A stretch of DNA of 64,000 nt from a virus. Below are positions 36,521 to 45,152 of this stretch, piece after piece; within the stretch, counting starts at the first letter, position 1, and every line of letters begins with the position of its first letter. Made by a program: the position numbers and the translations under genes. The notes below the pieces were generated by a model. That model saw only the letters and a program-made list of their open reading frames with translations. It ran no database searches and was not told the DNA's origin. Location of the stretch: positions 10,434 to 74,433 of IMG/VR virus record IMGVR_UViG_3300023493_000006; one strand, written 5' to 3'.

Positions 36521-36694
36521 TCACCTCGTGCAAATTAAGAATATGTTCAGTCCAAACACCATTTCTAACAGTATGTAAAAAAGCATTTGTGGTGAATTAA
36601 TTTTCGTATCTTCGAGCGTTGCCAAAATTCCAGCAATAACAATTACGAAGAACGAAAGATTTGATGCGACTCCAATTACATTAAGTGCATTCAT
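36521..36694 (-). CDS. Small hydrophobic two-TM peptide (57 aa)
   Basis: MNALNVIGVASNLSFFVIVIAGILATLEDTKINSPQMLFYILLEMVFGLNIFLICTR. Strong RBS GGGGAGGAAAAAAACA-ATG. Confidence 0.4.
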   Translation of the reverse strand: MNALNVIGVASNLSFFVIVIAGILATLEDTKINSPQMLFYILLEMVFGLNIFLICTR

Positions 36695-37079
36695 TGTTTT
36701 TTTCCTCCCCTATTAAGAAGTCCAGAATTTTTTCTGCAATCTCTTCCTCTGGCTCAAATGGCATTCCACAGTAATTGTAGGATTCTAAAGCCGATTTTAG
36801 GCTTGATTTGAAGCCATTGTAAATTTCTCCATGTTGTAACAGTTCGTGCCTTAAAACTGAAAATGCATCAGTAATTGATTGAGAAGTGACACTAATTTGT
36901 GCCAAGCACTCCATTTCAATGTCTGGAACAGCCATCATTTCAAACTCAAATACTGGAATTTCATCTACTGCGGTATGGAAATTTATTGATCTTACTCTCG
37001 GAACTTCATTTCCATCAATGAAATATTTTGTGCCGAGCCAATCATTGAGGTTGGGGTTTGTGATTTTTACTAAAGACAT
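36681..37079 (-). CDS. Hypothetical protein (132 aa)
   Basis: Start MSLVKITNP (RBS AAAGGGG). The ORF track gives a longer overlapping version. Confidence 0.4.
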   Translation of the reverse strand: MSLVKITNPNLNDWLGTKYFIDGNEVPRVRSINFHTAVDEIPVFEFEMMAVPDIEMECLAQISVTSQSITDAFSVLRHELLQHGEIYNGFKSSLKSALESYNYCGMPFEPEEEIAEKILDFLIGEEKNNECT

Positions 37080-37461
37080 CTTCGCGCCCCTTTCTTTTAG
37101 TTTCACAGTAGAGAAGGAGGTGTTTCGCAATCTCTTCCAACTGTAGAATGTTGTATTTTGGAATTTCCCATGTTTTCTGCTCCAATAATGAAGACAGTGG
37201 AATTTTCTCAGTCGGTAGTTCGTTAGTTACTGTGGCATTGATAAGCATAGACGCTACATCAATGGGGGATTCGGGAAGACTATCCTTGTTATCACTTATT
37301 GGTGCGTATAGCATGGATAACTTTTTCCATTCTCCGTTTTCCTTTGAAAATACTTCTCCATTTTGTACTTTAAGTATTCCAGTAGCATCTCTTGGAATAT
37401 ACTCTTCTTTTTCACATGAACGGACATCATTCCCAATACTGTATAAAAAATAATTCATCAT
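37042..37461 (-). CDS. Hypothetical protein (139 aa)
   Basis: ORF. Confidence 0.4.
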   Translation of the reverse strand: MMNYFLYSIGNDVRSCEKEEYIPRDATGILKVQNGEVFSKENGEWKKLSMLYAPISDNKDSLPESPIDVASMLINATVTNELPTEKIPLSSLLEQKTWEIPKYNILQLEEIAKHLLLYCETKRKGREDVFSKNHKPQPQ

Positions 37462-37886
37462 CCTTCTTCCACCTCCCCGAAATATTTCTTGTAAATATTA
37501 TGGCCGCAATACCACAGATGTTGCATCACCAAAATTTTATCAATACATTCCAAATCATAATACATCGCTCTGTACTCGGCGGTTCTGTCTCCGTTTTCAT
37601 CAACACTATAACCAGCTAATTCAGATTTTGATTTTGCGCCAAACCATCTACCGTTCTTTGTAACAAACAAAGAAAGATTTCCATATTTACAAACATATGT
37701 GGCAGTTTGAGTATCATACAATCTGCCATCAGCTAATATTGCTTTTGCGTGAATTGGCTTCACCAGTTTCCGAATTTCCTGGGATTCCTGTCCAACATTT
37801 TCATATGCTTGGTTTGTTTCGGAAACGCCTTTTTTATTTTTTGAGAAAAATTTAAGCACGTCTTTTCCTCCCGAAATATTCATCAA
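37458..37886 (-). CDS. Hypothetical protein (142 aa)
   Basis: ORF, ATGA-coupled to the downstream gene. Confidence 0.4.
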   Translation of the reverse strand: MMNISGGKDVLKFFSKNKKGVSETNQAYENVGQESQEIRKLVKPIHAKAILADGRLYDTQTATYVCKYGNLSLFVTKNGRWFGAKSKSELAGYSVDENGDRTAEYRAMYYDLECIDKILVMQHLWYCGHNIYKKYFGEVEEG

Positions 37887-38018
37887 CTGCCTGTCTTACA
37901 ATATCCGATACACTCCTGTCTGTTCGGTTCTTCTCTTCCAGGAGCCTTTTTTTCTGTTTTTCGGAAAATCGGATGCGGATGGATTCGGATTGTGGGTTTG
38001 GTTTCATGAGCATTTACC

Positions 38019-38486
38019 TCAACTTACAATTTCAATGGGATATCCTAAGTATGCTTCCAACTCTGAAACAGTCAGTTTGCGTGGTTTCTTTATTTCAACA
38101 TAAGCACGCTGTATGATATTGTCTGTTGTCTTTGCGATTGCCTTTCCAGTATAACTTTCAAGCTCTTCGTTTGCATATACATTCAAATGTTCATATCCAT
38201 ATGCCCGGCACCATCTTGCAGCTGAATCAACAATTTTTCTTAGCTCTTCTTGCTCATCACCAAACAGCTCCGAATATCTAACTGCCTTGTTGAAATCGCT
38301 CGAACTTATTTCATAAGGAGCTACAACATGTTTATATGGACTTCCAATAAAATGAAAGTATCTATGCGATTCCATTGCTTTTTGGCCTTTTGGCAAGTTG
38401 AACCCTTGAGCTATTGCTTTTTTAAGCAACTGTTCTGATTCAACATTGTTTTCTGTAACAATGCATTTGTTTGTAAAATCAATCAT
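38019..38486 (-). CDS. Hypothetical protein (155 aa)
   Basis: ORF. 8-nt overlap with the resolvase gene. Confidence 0.4.
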   Translation of the reverse strand: MIDFTNKCIVTENNVESEQLLKKAIAQGFNLPKGQKAMESHRYFHFIGSPYKHVVAPYEISSSDFNKAVRYSELFGDEQEELRKIVDSAARWCRAYGYEHLNVYANEELESYTGKAIAKTTDNIIQRAYVEIKKPRKLTVSELEAYLGYPIEIVS

Positions 38487-39069
38487 CTTTATCCCCCTCT
38501 AAAAGTTTATATAGCGTGCTTCTTGAAACTCCCATAATCTCGGCAAATTGTACTTTTGTTATTTCCCCTCTTTGCCAGCTACGTTTAGTTTCATTGAAAA
38601 GTTCTTTATCTATCTCTTTTTTGGCACGGCCTTTATATTTTCCTTGCGTCTTTGCTATTTCAATACCTTCTTTTTGACGCTGCCTAATGTTTTCTCTTTC
38701 TCTTTGCGCTACATATGAGAGAAGCTGCAAAACTATGTCTGCGATCAATGTTCCTGTCAAGTCTTTATTTTTTGTAGTATTAAGTAACGGCATATCCTGT
38801 ACAATAATATCCGCTTCAATCTCTTTTGTGATTTTTCTCCATTCAGCAATAATCTCTTCGTAGTTTCTTCCAAGTCGATCAATCGAATGGATTACCAGAA
38901 TGTCACCTTTTTGAAGAGAAGCAATCATTTTCTGATACTCTGGGCGATTGAAGTCTTTCCCAGATTTTTTATCCATATAAATTTTCTCAACACCATCTGC
39001 TTTCATTGCTTCAATCTGTCTCGCTTCGTTCTGATCTGCTGTTGAAACTCTTACATATCCTACTTTCAT
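38479..39069 (-). CDS. Small serine recombinase (resolvase/invertase family)
   Basis: MKVGYVRVSTADQN...ILVIHSIDRLGRN catalytic domain (Ser in VRVST). C-terminal HTH VQFAEIMGVSRSTLYKL. RBS AGGAG. Confidence 0.85.
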   Translation of the reverse strand: MKVGYVRVSTADQNEARQIEAMKADGVEKIYMDKKSGKDFNRPEYQKMIASLQKGDILVIHSIDRLGRNYEEIIAEWRKITKEIEADIIVQDMPLLNTTKNKDLTGTLIADIVLQLLSYVAQRERENIRQRQKEGIEIAKTQGKYKGRAKKEIDKELFNETKRSWQRGEITKVQFAEIMGVSRSTLYKLLEGDKDD

Positions 39070-39206
39070 ATATACACGCTCCTGTTTCTTTATAAAACAA
39101 TTATACACTATAATGTGTGTGCTTTCAATAGCTTTTTACACGTTTAAGTGAATTTTAATTGATTTTTATAACATTTGCGTTTATTATGTGAGTAGGAGGT
39201 GTTTAT

Positions 39207-39440
39207 ATGGTATCTCAAAAAATTAAGCAAATAATGAAAATGAAAAAAATTACAAATATTCAAGTTGCTGAACATCTTGGAACTTCACCACAAGCACTAG
39301 CTAACAAGTTTTCCAGAGAAACGCTTTCTGCATATGAGCTTATAGCCATCCTTGACTTTCTTGGTTGTCAAATTTCTGTTGAAGCATTTCCAGATATCAT
39401 AGTAAAATTTAATAGCAATGATCTGAAAAGAGAGCCTTAA
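39207..39440 (+). CDS. XRE-family HTH transcriptional regulator
   Basis: ITNIQVAEHLGTSPQALANKF helix-turn-helix. RBS AGGAGG. Followed by a GAGAGCC..GGTTCTC-T7 terminator. Confidence 0.7.
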   Translation: MVSQKIKQIMKMKKITNIQVAEHLGTSPQALANKFSRETLSAYELIAILDFLGCQISVEAFPDIIVKFNSNDLKREP

Positions 39441-39504
39441 TGGTTCTCTTTTTTTATGGGAGGCTGCACTTTAGGGTGTCCTCCTTATCTGTGTGACTTC
39501 CTTT

Positions 39505-39720
39505 CTAAATCAAATAACTCATTATCAAGTCTCTAATAATTTGTGAAATACTTTTTCCAGATCGAAGAGATTCCTTTTCAAGAAGCATTCTCATATCATC
39601 ATTTACTCGAACTCTTATTGAATCTCCCTTAGGGTCTGTAGTTGGTCTCCCTTTTGTCATATCATCATTCCTTATATATGTAGGACAAAACACAATAGGT
39701 TCTTTATTCGGGCTACTCAT
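39505..39720 (-). CDS. Ribbon-helix-helix (CopG/Arc-like) protein
   Basis: SIRVRVNDDMRMLLEKESLRSGKSISQIIRDLI. Confidence 0.5.
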   Translation of the reverse strand: MSSPNKEPIVFCPTYIRNDDMTKGRPTTDPKGDSIRVRVNDDMRMLLEKESLRSGKSISQIIRDLIMSYLI

Positions 39721-39724
39721 TCAG

Positions 39725-39850
39725 CCTGTATAGAGTTTTATATATACCCCCTCCCGGTCATCCAGTGCGGACGCTGGCAAGTCAGCCCACCGCCCCATGG
39801 GACCCGCTGCCCTTGCCTGGTCGCTGTTTATCGCAGGCCTTCGGCAGTAA
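39725..39850. other. GC-rich structured noncoding element (multiple hairpins, UUCG tetraloop) in an AT-rich context
   Basis: CCAGUGCGGACGCUGG, GCCUGGUCGCUGUUUAUCGCAGGC and GCCUUCGGC hairpins. Local GC far above the flanks. Confidence 0.35.
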
Positions 39851-40001
39851 TCAAGGGAATGCTATGCAAAATCTATTGTAATATTGCACAAAAAACAGTG
39901 TTTTATAAAATGTCTTTTTAGGGTGTACCCTATTTAAACATTGCGTATCACTAGATATAGAATCCGTTTTCTCGCAATCACAACATATAGTATTTTTACT
40001 G

Positions 40002-40592
40002 CTATAACTCCGGCTTTTCCATCTCTGGAAGCTGTAAAGCGGCTTTGTGCTTCTCTGCGATCTGCTGCGCGGTCTGCTGTGGTACGCCGTACTGTTGTGT
40101 TGCTTGTACTGGTGCCGTTTCTGCCATGCCATAGGCTGCTTTTGCAACAAATATCAAATTCGCATTTGTTCCGGTCTGATTATGTAATCTATTGATTGCG
40201 CAGTTTTTACAAATATCAAACCATTTTTTAGCCGTGTCACCATGTGATGAGTTTGTTCTATACACTCCATTCATCCAGTCAGTAAACGTTGTACGATTAA
40301 TCCCAACTAAAAAACTAAATACCTCCAATGTTGGCAATACATGATATTTACTGCATAATCTCACATAAGTATTAAACATTTTATCTAATAGCTCTATATT
40401 GTCATTACTTGGCTTTTGTATATGATCTGCAATATAAAAAATCATATCTACAAAGCTATCTGATACTTCTTTCTTATAGTTTTCGCTATCTGGTGATATA
40501 CATAATACAGTATTTATATATTCATCAGCATATATATTAATATTATCTAAATAGATATCTACGTCTTGTACATTTACTGTATTATCTTTCAT
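40002..40592 (-). CDS. Hypothetical protein (196 aa)
   Basis: ORF with a Q-rich C-terminus. Confidence 0.4.
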   Translation of the reverse strand: MKDNTVNVQDVDIYLDNINIYADEYINTVLCISPDSENYKKEVSDSFVDMIFYIADHIQKPSNDNIELLDKMFNTYVRLCSKYHVLPTLEVFSFLVGINRTTFTDWMNGVYRTNSSHGDTAKKWFDICKNCAINRLHNQTGTNANLIFVAKAAYGMAETAPVQATQQYGVPQQTAQQIAEKHKAALQLPEMEKPEL

Positions 40593-41341
40593 GTTATCAC
40601 CTCACTTTAACACGTTAATTTACAAATAAAAAAGAGAATGTCACCGGGTAAAGCTTATTCCCGGAAGGCTTCCGGGTGTTCGGGTACATTCTCTAAAACT
40701 CAAATTAAAAAAATATTCTGTTTTCTTTGTTGCTGATACCTTAGCACAGTTTTTAATATCTTGTCAAATTTAATTTTGCATAAAATAAAACCATCTATTT
40801 TGTCAATAATTAATAAATAATAACTGGGGTATTATATTATAATCTTTATTTATATTTATATCTTATATATTATTATACGGTACTGTATAGCATATCTTTT
40901 AATAAACTCCAGCTTTAGGAATCTAGGAAGGGCAGAGAATAGTTATATAATTATATATAATATAAGGGCGGCTACATTTTCATAGATTTGCATAATAAAA
41001 GCCAGACCTTCCAGGAGTTTCTATCCGGCGTGATCTGGCTTGTTATGCGTGTTATTTAATTAACGATTCTGTGTACTTTCAGCCTCTGCCCTTCCTGAGT
41101 TCCGTCAGCTCTCGTTATCTGATAGCCTAAAGAAGTTTTAGAAAAATGTCAAGCGGTATTTTAAAAATATTTTTCTTGACAATTTGCTAAAAACTGTGTT
41201 ATTAAAATATTAACAGGCTCGGCGGCGGTCTGTACTCTGTCCATAGCCGCCACAAATAAGTATTTTAAAGCCCTAGGAATTAATCCCGGGGCTTTTTCTT
41301 TGGCTTGTATTATCTATTATTGTGTATTTCGTACAAGTCTA

Positions 41342-41626
41342 TTATAGTGTATTTTTTCTTTTATACTCCATAATATCACTAGGCTGACAATTCAACAATT
41401 TGCATAGATTGCATATAACTTCACAAGTTACATTTTCATTTTTAGTCAACTTTGCAACGGTATTAGAATGTATTCCGTTATTTTTCAGCCACTGTTTATT
41501 CAGCTCTTTTTTATCCAATATTTGCCATAGTTTGGAAAAGTCTATATATCCATTAGCTCCATAATTAGCCATTTCTCGAACCTCCTTTATATAATACATG
41601 ATAATAGTTTTTTCTATTTTTGTCAA
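41342..41626 (-). CDS. XRE/Cro-type HTH regulator
   Basis: NGIHSNTVAKLTKNENVTCEVICNLCKLLNCQPSDIMEY HTH_26-like. Confidence 0.55.
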   Translation of the reverse strand: MTKIEKTIIMYYIKEVREMANYGANGYIDFSKLWQILDKKELNKQWLKNNGIHSNTVAKLTKNENVTCEVICNLCKLLNCQPSDIMEYKRKNTL

Positions 41627-41933
41627 TGTCTATTATTGTGTACTGCATGCACAATTTAGGCTGCTTGAAAACATCTATTTTCGTGTATATTTTTTATTGA
41701 CTATTCGTCTATTATCGTGTATTATATAACCATCAACAGAGAACACAAGAAACAAACAACCGGAACCGCCCGAACCACTCAACACAATGAGGACATAGGA
41801 ACCGGCACCGATTAATTGAAAAATTCTAGTTCCTGGACAAAATAAAAAAAGCCCGGTCGACTTCCAAACCAAACCGGGCACCAAACTAAAAAGAAAGGCA
41901 ACCCCATTATAACAGGGGCGAAGGTAAAAAACA

Positions 41934-42320
41934 ATGACAAAATACAATTATCTGGAAGCAGTAAAAGAAGACGTTAAAAATTATATTGATAGTGAAATTA
42001 ATTTCACAGACTTTGACAGCTTGGAAGAACTGGAAGAAAAATTGAATGATGAACTTTGGACAGAAGACAGCGTAACAGGCAATGCAAGCGGCTCTTATTA
42101 TTGCAATTCTTACAAGGCAGAAGAAAGTATAGCGCACAACTGGGACTTGCTCGAAGAAGCCCTTGACGAGTTCGGACAGAATAACATAAATGTTATTGAA
42201 AAGGGCGCAGAATGGGCAGACGTAACAATCCGTTGTTACTTATTAGGGATCGCAATTTCTGAAGTACTGGACGATCTCGAAGAAGATTTTGACGAAGCAC
42301 ATAAAGAAATGGAGGCCTAA
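41934..42320 (+). CDS. Highly acidic protein (possible DNA-mimic / anti-restriction-type)
   Basis: D/E-rich 128 aa (EINFTDFDSLEELEEKLNDELWTEDS...VLDDLEEDFDEAHKEMEA). Confidence 0.4.
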   Translation: MTKYNYLEAVKEDVKNYIDSEINFTDFDSLEELEEKLNDELWTEDSVTGNASGSYYCNSYKAEESIAHNWDLLEEALDEFGQNNINVIEKGAEWADVTIRCYLLGIAISEVLDDLEEDFDEAHKEMEA

Positions 42321-42323
42321 AGC

Positions 42324-42536
42324 ATGAAATATCATTACATAGCAATTTCAACACGCACAAACAATAAAAACTTTGCGTCTGTTCTTCGGGTCTCTAGCTC
42401 TGACAATTTATTATTTTCTTTGCAAATCCCCGGCATTACTTCCGCAAATATTTGCAGCACGAAAAAAGAAGCTGAAAACGTTGTTGACTTCTGGAACAAG
42501 TGTTACAAGACAAATAAAACTTATGGAGGGTTTTAA
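42324..42536 (+). CDS. Hypothetical protein (70 aa)
   Basis: ORF. Confidence 0.35.
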   Translation: MKYHYIAISTRTNNKNFASVLRVSSSDNLLFSLQIPGITSANICSTKKEAENVVDFWNKCYKTNKTYGGF

Positions 42537-42537
42537 A

Positions 42538-42915
42538 ATGATAACAATCAAGAAAGCCACGCAAGCGCAGACAATCGCCGCCATAAAAAGCGGCGACTTT
42601 TCCGCAGTTGATGCAATCAATAAAAAAGCTGAAAAGGAAGCAACGGAAATTTTCGCGGCTGTTGCTGTCGGCGTTATCAAATTAGTGTATTGGGATATGT
42701 CCCCAGTAAAGCGCCGGGATGGTAAAAAGTCTGTAATGCGGTACGCCCTGCACAGATCAACGAAAAAAGAAGACTGTTTACAACTCTCCTGTATGGAGCT
42801 TATCGGCGGCGAGATCATCCCCACAAGCGACCAACAATTTAAAATTAATGATGATTACGACCGCCGGGAATTTTTTCGCAGTCTTCCTGCTGTTACAAAA
42901 ATGACTTTTGAATAA
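42538..42915 (+). CDS. Hypothetical protein (125 aa)
   Basis: Start MITIKKATQ with RBS GGAGGG. The longer 42373 start is rejected. Confidence 0.4.
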   Translation: MITIKKATQAQTIAAIKSGDFSAVDAINKKAEKEATEIFAAVAVGVIKLVYWDMSPVKRRDGKKSVMRYALHRSTKKEDCLQLSCMELIGGEIIPTSDQQFKINDDYDRREFFRSLPAVTKMTFE

Positions 42916-43008
42916 TAGGGGGGCTTAAGATTCCGGGCAAGTTTTTGTACTGTTTATTTTTGGCTTAGCGTATGATATAATAACATAAAATAGGGGGGGT
43001 AATACTAT

Positions 43009-43437
43009 ATGATAATGTTAAAAATGGAAAAATGGGAAAGTATTGTAAATGAAACTATTAAGCATTTTTTTGATAATTATAAAGTATTTGATGATAATAA
43101 CAAAGCTTTAGAAAATAAAAGCCTGTATCAATATATTAATGATATTTATGAAGAAGGGCCAGAAACAGAAATTCTGCACTTTCTATTTACTGGCGACAGC
43201 GAATATATCCAATTTGCGGGAAAGTACAATATTTCTTTATACGATGAATTTTCACAAGAACTTGAAAATAAATTGATTGATGAATTTTATTCCCTTAATC
43301 AAGAACAATTCTGCGACGATCTCGAAAATTTTACAGATTATTTTTTAAGTGAACACACAATTTTATTGAAAACATATATTTATGATATTCTTGATGGTTT
43401 TACGGCTAAAAAGTTAAAATGCATTATTTTTAAATAG
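43009..43437 (+). CDS. Hypothetical protein (142 aa)
   Basis: ORF followed by a GC-rich hairpin + T6 terminator (43442-43500). Confidence 0.4.
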   Translation: MIMLKMEKWESIVNETIKHFFDNYKVFDDNNKALENKSLYQYINDIYEEGPETEILHFLFTGDSEYIQFAGKYNISLYDEFSQELENKLIDEFYSLNQEQFCDDLENFTDYFLSEHTILLKTYIYDILDGFTAKKLKCIIFK

Positions 43438-43666
43438 TTTTCACCGCTTCCCGGTATCCAGTCCTGCGGCACGTTCACGGCGTGCAAGCGGTTTTTTGGT
43501 ATTCTGCCAGATGCACCTTGCAAAGTTAATACCATAAGTCAATCAATTAACGTGCTATTTTAGCCGTAAATGGCTTTTAATGCTGTTAATGGTGATTTAT
43601 GCAGTATTTTCATTTTGAGCCGCTTATGAGCCTTTAAAACGCTTTTTAGCGTCTTGCATGGTTTAT

Positions 43667-43701
43667 TGACTGTCTGTGGCTATAGATGTATAATAGCCTT
43701 G
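43667..43701 (+). promoter_or_regulatory. Consensus sigma-70 promoter TTGACT-N17-TATAAT
   Basis: ttgactgtctgtggctatagatgtataat read directly. Lies in a ~1-kb noncoding region with GCTAT and TGTCCGGGC repeats. Confidence 0.55.
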
Positions 43702-44463
43702 TATAGCTATGTGCAGCTATGCTTTATTTGTGTACCGTGTAAATTGGTGCATTTTGTCCGATTATGTGCGTAGCTTGTCCGGGCCTCCCGGTGATCTGTC
43801 GCAACTGTCCGGGCTATATATCAATTAGGGCTATATGACTATATTGTGATATGCTTGTATAACGCTGTATTTGCCCTTTTAAGGCGTTTTATAATCGTAG
43901 TCAATAAAATATAGGATAAATACATTACAAGCTATTTAAGGCTTATTTTGTAAGAGTATTATTGCATTTTTAATCACTGCATTATATGCTGTTTGATGTC
44001 ACAATCTATTATCTGTTGACTGTTGGTTCTGATCTGCCAGGGCTACGGCTGGCTTCGTTGGTGTCTGGCATCGTCAAGACTTCATCAGATCGGCATGGTA
44101 TCGGCTTCCAGTACTGTCCATGGTTTGTTTGTGCCGGCGGAAAAGTCGCAACTGTTCAAGGCTTCAATAGTTGCAACTAACTTGTGAATGATTCTTAAAT
44201 TCCAACATCATTTTGCAAGCCGAAAATCAAAGAAATCCAGAAAAAAAAGTGGCAACCAGAAAAAATCTCGCATTTTCTAGTTACCACTTAAATTTTAATT
44301 TTGCACAAATATTTCTATAGAGTAAAGTTTCAAATGATTCAAAATTCACAATTTATTTAATTCTTCTTTCTTTCGTGTTCCATATCTTCTATGGGATGAT
44401 TTTTCTAAACGTTCCGTTCTCTTCATTTGGGACTTGGAAAGTTTCTTCTTTCTCTGGTAATTA

Positions 44464-45144
44464 TCAGTCGTTGTTCCCATTCACGCTCTCCTTGTTAATC
44501 TTCTGATTCCTGGTTTCAAAATTTATAATCTTCGTGTCTGTTTCTAATTCTTCCGGGATTCTTCCAACAATGATAACTCGCAGTGGCTTCAATCTCCGTT
44601 CCATCTCCTTGAAACCAACGCAAAATTCCAACCGTGCCGCCTTGCTCTTTACTCTTCCATTGGTGCAACAGGAAACTGTACTTCCCTCTGGTAGCCCATC
44701 AAAGCACCAGTCCCAACAGTATTCCGGTAATATGCTTACGTTCGGAATTACCGGAATATCATTCAAGATCATGTAGTGAGCCAGTGCATGATTGCGGTAT
44801 TTATTCCACAGGCACATTACCAGTGGCATTCCATTCTTGCCAACCGATATGCTAAAATCTGGCATAATGACTGCATGAAAACATTTTAAATGCTCCATAT
44901 ACTTGTCTGGCTGATTCCATAATCTTTGAAACTGCACATCGTCTACGTAGAAGTTTACATCCAGTTCCCAGTGGTTCTTAATCTTTCGGCTGAAGCTCTC
45001 CGCAAAGTCTACAGTATCTTTTCCAGGATGGATAAAGGTCTTTGGAATTTTCGGTATTCCGTAATTACCATCAAGGTCTGCATCCGTGATTAAAAACTCT
45101 TTCATTACGTCATAAGCTGTATGTATCATTGATTCCACTCCCAT
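44464..45144 (-). CDS. Hypothetical protein (226 aa), downstream of the serine recombinase
   Basis: ORF. Cys/Trp-rich central region (CWDWCFDGLPEGSTVSCC). Confidence 0.45.
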   Translation of the reverse strand: MGVESMIHTAYDVMKEFLITDADLDGNYGIPKIPKTFIHPGKDTVDFAESFSRKIKNHWELDVNFYVDDVQFQRLWNQPDKYMEHLKCFHAVIMPDFSISVGKNGMPLVMCLWNKYRNHALAHYMILNDIPVIPNVSILPEYCWDWCFDGLPEGSTVSCCTNGRVKSKAARLEFCVGFKEMERRLKPLRVIIVGRIPEELETDTKIINFETRNQKINKESVNGNND

Positions 45145-45152
45145 TTTTTCTC

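Noticed and set aside
39851-40150. 99-aa ORF rich in S/R/K overlapping 40002..40592
   Set aside because: It is an out-of-frame overlap with a better-supported ORF. Its composition looks like a frame artefact
42373-42537. N-terminal extension of ORF 42373..42915 (MRLFFGSLALT...)
   Set aside because: The extension overlaps the preceding gene and has no RBS. A strong RBS (GGAGGG) precedes the internal ATG at 42538
44030-44110. Weak inverted repeat (TCTGATCTG ... CAGATCGG) considered as the attP core for the serine recombinase
   Set aside because: The arms are only ~6 bp and imperfect. They are not distinguishable from chance without the prophage end sequences
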